42,522 nucleotides of DNA, from the NCBI GenBank assembly GCA_033762055.1, contig JANRLZ010000061.1, positions 1-42,522 on the forward strand, written 5' to 3'. Source of the stretch: Saprospiraceae bacterium (GTDB lineage Bacteria; Bacteroidota; Bacteroidia; Chitinophagales; Saprospiraceae). Positions 37,220 to 42,522 of this stretch are shown here, piece by piece. The position numbers were made by a program, and so were the translations under genes. The notes below the pieces were generated by a model. That model searched no databases, was not told the DNA's origin, and saw only the letters and a program-made list of their open reading frames with translations. How positions within the stretch are numbered: position 1 is the stretch's first letter; each line of letters begins with the position of its first letter.

Positions 37220-37582
37220 TCAGGCAGTCATAGCGGGTGGCTTCCAGATGGAACGCAAGACTTGTTGCGGACAAAAATGCTGGATATTACTCGGCAAACC
37301 CGAGTTTGTTTCTGCAGAAACCGGGGCAGCATGAATCACCGGACGTTCCGGCACCAAACATAGACAACAGCAAGGGCCGTTGGAACAACACACCGGCAGG
37401 GCACAATCCTTGTTCTTTTCGCAATCATTTTCTTCGCCCTGCCCGGAGCAATCGGTAACGCCACTCGAAGAAATTAGCACGCAAATGCCTGCCATAAAAT
37501 CACAATTCTCGTTCACCGCTCGCGGGGGAGCGGTGGACTGCAAAAGCGAAATGGAAAAAAGAATGGCGAGCAAACGCTCCAT
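37220..37582 (-). CDS. DUF6660-like small Cys-rich protein
   Basis: The 120-aa protein has an N-terminal hydrophobic segment (MERLLAILFSISLLQ), the Cys cluster CALPVCCSNGPCCCLC, and a C-terminal SIWKPP motif. The last resembles the IWQPP(K) ending I recall for DUF6660. Confidence 0.5.
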   Translation of the reverse strand: MERLLAILFSISLLQSTAPPRAVNENCDFMAGICVLISSSGVTDCSGQGEENDCEKNKDCALPVCCSNGPCCCLCLVPERPVIHAAPVSAETNSGLPSNIQHFCPQQVLRSIWKPPAMTA

Positions 37583-37762
37583 GTGTCATGGAATTGTCAG
37601 CGCAAAAGAAAAGACAATTTTGAAAAAGTTGCATGTTCGGGCAAATAAACTTTGACGGACAGGCGCCGACGATCACGAAAAATCATCAAAATCCTGCCGA
37701 TTAGATTGTAGGAACGCAAGACGTTTTACCTTCGCAGCGCCCTGAAACAGGGCATTTTTTCA

Positions 37763-39043
37763 ATGCGCATCCTTCTTCTTGGTTCCGGTGGCCGCGAACA
37801 TGCAATGGCATGGAAACTGGCACAAAGCAAACGTTGTTCCCAACTGTTTATCGCACCCGGCAACGCCGGAACGGCTGCCTGCGGCCAAAACATCCCGATT
37901 TCCCCGCTCGACTTTCCGGCAGTGGAAAAGTGTGTGCTGGAAAACAAGATTGAAATGGTGGTTGTGGGCCCCGAAGACCCGTTGGTACGAGGTATTTGGG
38001 ACTATTTTCAGGAGCATTCCGCATTAAAAAACATACCGCTGATCGGCCCTTCCAAAGCCGGGGCCGTACTGGAAGGCAGCAAAGCCTGGAGCAAAAAATT
38101 CATGGCCCGTCATGGAATCCCGACCGCTGCCTATCGCGAATTTACCCTCGATGAACTCGAAGAAGGTTGTCAATACCTGAAAGATCATGCCCTGCCCATT
38201 GTTTTGAAAGCTGATGGACTGGCAGCCGGGAAGGGAGTGGTGATTTGCCAAAGTCATGCTGAGGCAGAAACTGAATTTCGCGAAATGCTGGGCGGAAAGT
38301 TCGGCGCAGCCGGCGAACGAATTGTGGTAGAAGAATTCCTGAGCGGCATTGAATTCAGCGTTTTTGTGCTGACCGATGGAAAAACCTACAAAATTCTGCC
38401 GGAAGCCAAGGACTACAAACGCATTGGAGAAGGCGATACCGGCCCCAACACCGGCGGCATGGGGGCCGTAAGTCCCGTACCGTTTGTAGATGAACAAATG
38501 TGGGATAAAGTGGAAAAACGAATCATTCAGCCGACGGTTGCCGGCTTGAAAAAGGAAAAAATTCCGTATAAAGGCTTCATTTTCTTTGGGTTAATTAAAG
38601 TGAATGACGACCCTTATGTCATCGAATACAACTGCCGCATGGGCGACCCCGAAACCGAGGTCGTTCTTCCCCGCCTGAAAAACGACCTGGTGCAACTTTT
38701 CGAAAATTGCGCCCGTGGCACGCTCGGTCGGATAAAAATTCGCTGCGATCGGCGCTATGCCACCACCATCTTTCTGGTGAGCGGCGGCTATCCCGGCGAT
38801 TACGAAAAAGGGAAGATCATGACGGGATGGGAGAAAATAAAAGGCAGCCTCCCGTTCCACGCCGGTACCGCTGTCGGTAAAAATCCGGGAGAGGTCGCAA
38901 CTTCGGGAGGGCGTGTACTGGCGCTCACCAGCTATGGGAAAGACCTCATCGGCGCTCTTCGAAAATCAAAACGCAACGCCAAAGTCATCCAGTTCGACGG
39001 CAAATATTATCGCCGTGATATCGGAAAAGATCTCGGCGCATAA
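37763..39043 (+). CDS. purD: Phosphoribosylamine--glycine ligase
   Basis: PurD hallmarks are present: MRILLLGSGGREHAMAWKL, the ATP-grasp region VLKADGLAAGKGV, and EYNCRMGDPE. Confidence 0.95.
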   Translation: MRILLLGSGGREHAMAWKLAQSKRCSQLFIAPGNAGTAACGQNIPISPLDFPAVEKCVLENKIEMVVVGPEDPLVRGIWDYFQEHSALKNIPLIGPSKAGAVLEGSKAWSKKFMARHGIPTAAYREFTLDELEEGCQYLKDHALPIVLKADGLAAGKGVVICQSHAEAETEFREMLGGKFGAAGERIVVEEFLSGIEFSVFVLTDGKTYKILPEAKDYKRIGEGDTGPNTGGMGAVSPVPFVDEQMWDKVEKRIIQPTVAGLKKEKIPYKGFIFFGLIKVNDDPYVIEYNCRMGDPETEVVLPRLKNDLVQLFENCARGTLGRIKIRCDRRYATTIFLVSGGYPGDYEKGKIMTGWEKIKGSLPFHAGTAVGKNPGEVATSGGRVLALTSYGKDLIGALRKSKRNAKVIQFDGKYYRRDIGKDLGA

Positions 39044-39082
39044 TCTGCCGGTTCGGAACGTCCATTTCAAATACCTTTCTCT

Positions 39083-39508
39083 ATGAGACTTTTACTTTTT
39101 TCAATCGGTATGCTGGCTGTTATGCTGATTGGTCCGGCTTGTAAACAAACGCGGTACACCGCCGACAAACTTCCTGAAAAACTACTGCGCTGGGGTTCCG
39201 GAGGTGGCGTGGTAGGAAAGGAAAAATCCTGGATACTCCTCGAAAACGGGCAAATTTTTGCCACCGACATCATGGGAAAAACCACGGAGTCCAACAAAGT
39301 GAGCGGTAAAAAAGCAAAATCCCTGTTTAAAACCGCCGAGGCGCTGGGCATCGCCAAAATGGAATTCAATCATCCCGGCAATCTCTATTATTTTCTTGAA
39401 TGGCAGAACGGCGATATGGTGAGCCGGATAGTTTGGGGAGATAAAAATTTGCCGGTGGACAAATCCGTCGAAGCGCTGTACAACGATCTGAATGCGTTGT
39501 TGAAGTAA
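39083..39508 (+). CDS. Hypothetical lipoprotein
   Basis: A lipobox-like signal is present (MLAVMLIGPAC). The protein is 141 aa and I recognise no family. Confidence 0.5.
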   Translation: MRLLLFSIGMLAVMLIGPACKQTRYTADKLPEKLLRWGSGGGVVGKEKSWILLENGQIFATDIMGKTTESNKVSGKKAKSLFKTAEALGIAKMEFNHPGNLYYFLEWQNGDMVSRIVWGDKNLPVDKSVEALYNDLNALLK

Positions 39509-39570
39509 CTTCCTGATGCCGCGTCCGGCCAACGCCTCGTGAATGGGGCATTGACCGAACGCGGCACTAA

Positions 39571-40446
39571 TCACTTTCGCGACAGATAAACGCCCAACAA
39601 AATGACCACGGTTCCCAACAGGTCAGTAGGGCCAATAGTTTCACCGTCAAATGAGCCAATTAGGAGGGCGCCAATGGGCAGCAGATAGGTTACTGAAGTG
39701 GCAAAAATGGCGCTGGTACGTTGCAGCAACCAAAAATACAGAATGGATCCGACCACCGTGCCCATAGCGGCGAGGTAAAAAATATAACCCAGGCCTTTGA
39801 ACCCGTCGGGATGTTGCATGGCGGCATTCCATCCATCCGACCACCATAATCCGATCAGAAACAGCCCGCCGGTAATCACAAACGCCGCCGAAGCAATACC
39901 TGCTGCAGGCAAATCGCGCAAATGCCGGTTCACCGTGTGTGCATTCACCGCATAACATATCGTAGCCAGCACACACAAGCCGGCAAAAAAAGCATCCCCT
40001 GATAGGCCGTTTTTCCCATTGAACAAGACCAAGATCAGCGCTCCTGCCAGTCCAATTGCAACACCTAATATTTTCTCTCGCGAAATTTCCAAAGAAAAAA
40101 AGACCACACCGAGAAGCAGGGTGAACAGCGGCGTCAGCGAGTTAAGTACGCCGGCCAGACTGCTGTTTACGTGTTGCTGCGCCACTGCGAATAAAAAATT
40201 GGGAATGGCAGAACCGCAAAAAGCCACAATTATCAGCGGTTTCCAGCGCCGCCAGTCAATTTTCGACCAGTAAGCCGCCGCAATGGGAAGGTAAACAGCC
40301 GTAGCAAGTACCATACGCCACATGGCCATTTGCATGGGAGTAAAAATGGCCACCGATTTTTTGATGAATAAAAAAGAAGCGCCCCACATGGCCGCCAGAA
40401 AAAACATTAAAAACCAGTCGAAAGCGGAAGGTTGGCGCGTGGACAT
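39571..40446 (-). CDS. EamA/DMT superfamily transporter
   Basis: The 291-aa protein has about 10 TM segments and duplicated EamA-like halves. Confidence 0.75.
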   Translation of the reverse strand: MSTRQPSAFDWFLMFFLAAMWGASFLFIKKSVAIFTPMQMAMWRMVLATAVYLPIAAAYWSKIDWRRWKPLIIVAFCGSAIPNFLFAVAQQHVNSSLAGVLNSLTPLFTLLLGVVFFSLEISREKILGVAIGLAGALILVLFNGKNGLSGDAFFAGLCVLATICYAVNAHTVNRHLRDLPAAGIASAAFVITGGLFLIGLWWSDGWNAAMQHPDGFKGLGYIFYLAAMGTVVGSILYFWLLQRTSAIFATSVTYLLPIGALLIGSFDGETIGPTDLLGTVVILLGVYLSRK

Positions 40447-40495
40447 AGAGAAGGGTAAGGTAAATAAATAGGGTTTGTGCCTGCGCCTTTACCCA

Positions 40496-41248
40496 TCATT
40501 TCACGGTTTCGTCGGTGGCGGCTTCGCCAAAATCGTTGACGAGCAACAAAACCACCCGGCGGTTCCATTTGCGGTTTTCAGGGGCGTCGGTACGGTCGTC
40601 GGTTTCGTCTTTGTTGGGCAGTACCGGGTTGGCTTCGCCAAATTGTTCGATCAACATGCGGTCGGGGCGGATACCCTTGTAAGCCAGGTAGTTACGCGCC
40701 GACCGGGCGCGTTGGGCTGAAAGACGGCGATTGGCTTCGGCGCTGCCCACCCCGTCGGTAAAACCGTGTATGCGCAGTTTCAGCGCCGGATTGTCGCGCA
40801 ACTGTTCAAAAAAACGATTGAGTACTGTTTTTGCATCGGGAGTTAGGCTGTACCGGCCAAATTCGAAGTAAATCGTATTGGTTGTTTCTTTCCGCTGTGG
40901 ATCCTGGACATATACCGTGCCGTTGCGAAAATACGGGCAACCCGCACCGCACAGCACACGTTGTTCTTCCAGATCAATGATCAGAGCATACGGAAAACCT
41001 TTGACAACCATTTCCTTGCGCACCACCTCGGCTTCATCACGAGTTTTGTAGGCGCCGGCAAAATACCGGTAAAGCCCCAGCTGATCGGTCGTTTCAATGT
41101 AGTTTTCAACCCCGTGATCCTTAAAAAATTGCGGGTTCATTCTTTCGCCGTAGGCAGCAATTTGCACACGAAAATCCTGTGCGAACAGAGGCATTTTAGC
41201 CAAAAAAACTGCTGCAAAAAACAGTATGGGGGGGCAAAACCGCTTCAT
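40496..41248 (-). CDS. OmpA-family protein with an N-terminal SPOR-like domain
   Basis: I chose the ATG at 41248 (signal MKRFCPPILFFAAVFLAKMPLFAQ). The SPOR-like segment is FRVQIAAYGERMNP...AGAYKTRDEA. The OmpA_C motif is IHGFTDGVGSAEANRRLSAQRARSARNYL. Confidence 0.75.
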   Translation of the reverse strand: MKRFCPPILFFAAVFLAKMPLFAQDFRVQIAAYGERMNPQFFKDHGVENYIETTDQLGLYRYFAGAYKTRDEAEVVRKEMVVKGFPYALIIDLEEQRVLCGAGCPYFRNGTVYVQDPQRKETTNTIYFEFGRYSLTPDAKTVLNRFFEQLRDNPALKLRIHGFTDGVGSAEANRRLSAQRARSARNYLAYKGIRPDRMLIEQFGEANPVLPNKDETDDRTDAPENRKWNRRVVLLLVNDFGEAATDETVK

Positions 41249-41396
41249 GGGAATCGAGTTACGGAAAATTTCAAGGTACAAAAATACCGAAGTTCGCTTG
41301 TAACGAAGGGATTATGCAAAAAGTCACAATATGAGCCTTGTCTGCCCGGATTTGTTTTATGCCGACAACATCACCGTATTGCCGGCACTAGCGTAT

Positions 41397-42522
41397 TTAC
41401 AACCACCTCACCAGATCAAAATCCTGTCGGTGCGGTAACAAGGCATTTTTGGGATATAAGCGAAACCCGTATTCAAACACGCCGGCCGTACGCGGCACAA
41501 AAGAACACGTAAATACCACTTCCGCGCCTTTTTTACTTTTCAGTTCCATCGCCTCCGAATAGAGTAACTCCAGTTCTTTTTCGGAATGGCGTTTGTAAAA
41601 AACAACTTCAAGGCCGACATCTTCCGGACTCAGGTCTTGCAGATTCAACGTGGCCGTTGCTTCAAACTTGTCGCCCAGGGGGAGAGAGCGATTGAATGTA
41701 TCGGGCGCCTGTAAGTCAATCAGTTCGATGGCTTGCCAACTGCGTTTCAGTTTAGTTTTCCAGGCAGCCAGCTGGCGGGCGAGTGTGTATTCTTTTTGTT
41801 TGAGCTGCTGACTGCGTTTGGCTAATTTGCTGTAGAATCGCACTTCATAATCATCGAGCATGCGGCCCATGACAAACTCCGGCGCGATTTCGGCAATTGT
41901 ATTTTTAATATGACTGATCCATCGCTCCGAAATGCCGTTTTTATCCTGTTCGTAGTAGGTCGGAACGATGTCGTTTTCGAGGATGTTGTAAATCGTTTCG
42001 GCATCGAGCTCGTTTTGAAGGGCCGGTTGGTCGGGGTAGGTATCCTTTTCCGGCAATGCCCAGCCGGCCCCGGGGCGATAGCCTTCACACCACCAGCCAT
42101 CCAGGACCGAAAAATTCATGACACCGTTCATCACGGCTTTCATCCCCGAAGTGCCGGAAGCTTCTTTTGGGCGGGTAGGATTGTTGAGCCATACATCCAC
42201 GCCCTGCACGAGCAATTTGGCCATTTCCATGCTGTAGTTTTCAAGGAAAATGACCTTGCCCCGGAAGTCGGGGTTTTTGGTGACGTTATACACCAGCCGA
42301 ATAAACTCTTGTCCCCCCTTGTCGGCGGGGTGCGCTTTCCCTGCAAACAAAAAGATGACAGGGCGCTCGGGATTGTTTACAATTTCGGCTAAACGTTTTT
42401 CATTGGTAAACAACAAGGTAGCGCGTTTGTAAGTAGCAAAACGGCGGGCAAAACCGATGACGAGCGCGTCGTCGCGCAGGGTATTGATGATTTCAAAAAT
42501 GCTGCGGGGATTCTCGCCGCGC
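41397..42522 (-). CDS. glgP: Alpha-glucan (glycogen/maltodextrin) phosphorylase, GT35, C-terminal part (5' end lies outside the window)
   Basis: The PLP-lysine signature EASGTSGMK is present. The reading frame stays open to the window edge upstream of the ORF-track Met. Confidence 0.8.
   Translation of the reverse strand, partial: RGENPRSIFEIINTLRDDALVIGFARRFATYKRATLLFTNEKRLAEIVNNPERPVIFLFAGKAHPADKGGQEFIRLVYNVTKNPDFRGKVIFLENYSMEMAKLLVQGVDVWLNNPTRPKEASGTSGMKAVMNGVMNFSVLDGWWCEGYRPGAGWALPEKDTYPDQPALQNELDAETIYNILENDIVPTYYEQDKNGISERWISHIKNTIAEIAPEFVMGRMLDDYEVRFYSKLAKRSQQLKQKEYTLARQLAAWKTKLKRSWQAIELIDLQAPDTFNRSLPLGDKFEATATLNLQDLSPEDVGLEVVFYKRHSEKELELLYSEAMELKSKKGAEVVFTCSFVPRTAGVFEYGFRLYPKNALLPHRQDFDLVRWL

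Noticed and set aside
1-42522. A whole-window scan for CRISPR arrays, tRNA or rRNA genes, transposases, integrases and toxin-antitoxin pairs.
   Set aside because: I saw no regularly spaced repeats of CRISPR length and no tRNA-like T-arm or acceptor patterns. None of the ORFs has recombinase or transposase motifs.

Overview
The window looks like a chromosomal segment from a Bacteroidota genome. Supporting markers are a T9SS C-terminal sorting domain, DUF2911, DUF4159 and DUF6660-like proteins, a type-2 IleS, and A-rich leaderless-style start contexts. About 35 genes are densely packed, mostly housekeeping: ispB-like prenyl synthase, murA, dapA, ileS, cysS, pyk, acpP, purD, and the glgP 3' part. 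The rest are envelope or secreted proteins: M43 metalloprotease, Omp85-like barrel, SPFH lipoprotein, a 1053-aa BNR/sortilin-like protein, serine hydrolase, DPP-IV, M3 oligoendopeptidase and an OmpA-family protein. I saw no rRNA, tRNA, CRISPR array, transposase or integrase.

The clearest anomaly is a roughly 1.8 kb low-GC segment (about 22690-24530) carrying one gene, 22699-24414 on the minus strand. It encodes a 571-aa ABC-type ATPase fused to a Toprim/DUF4435-like C-terminal domain, which is the architecture of OLD-family and fused PARIS (AriA-AriB)-like defence nucleases. It sits between DPP-IV and ileS, its start overlaps the ileS stop (ATGA), and the low-GC signature runs into the last 35-40 ileS codons.

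Other observations worth a second look:
- An unannotated 57-aa signal-peptide ORF with four CC doublets lies next to a DUF6660-like Cys-rich protein.
- A 30-bp stem built from 17-nt tandem repeats abuts the ileS start codon.
- A nested inverted-repeat element lies upstream of a TrpR-like gene.
- A G-depleted region with a repeated 20-mer ends in a strong terminator at the window start.

All functional calls rest on motif recognition by eye and need HMM or BLAST confirmation.
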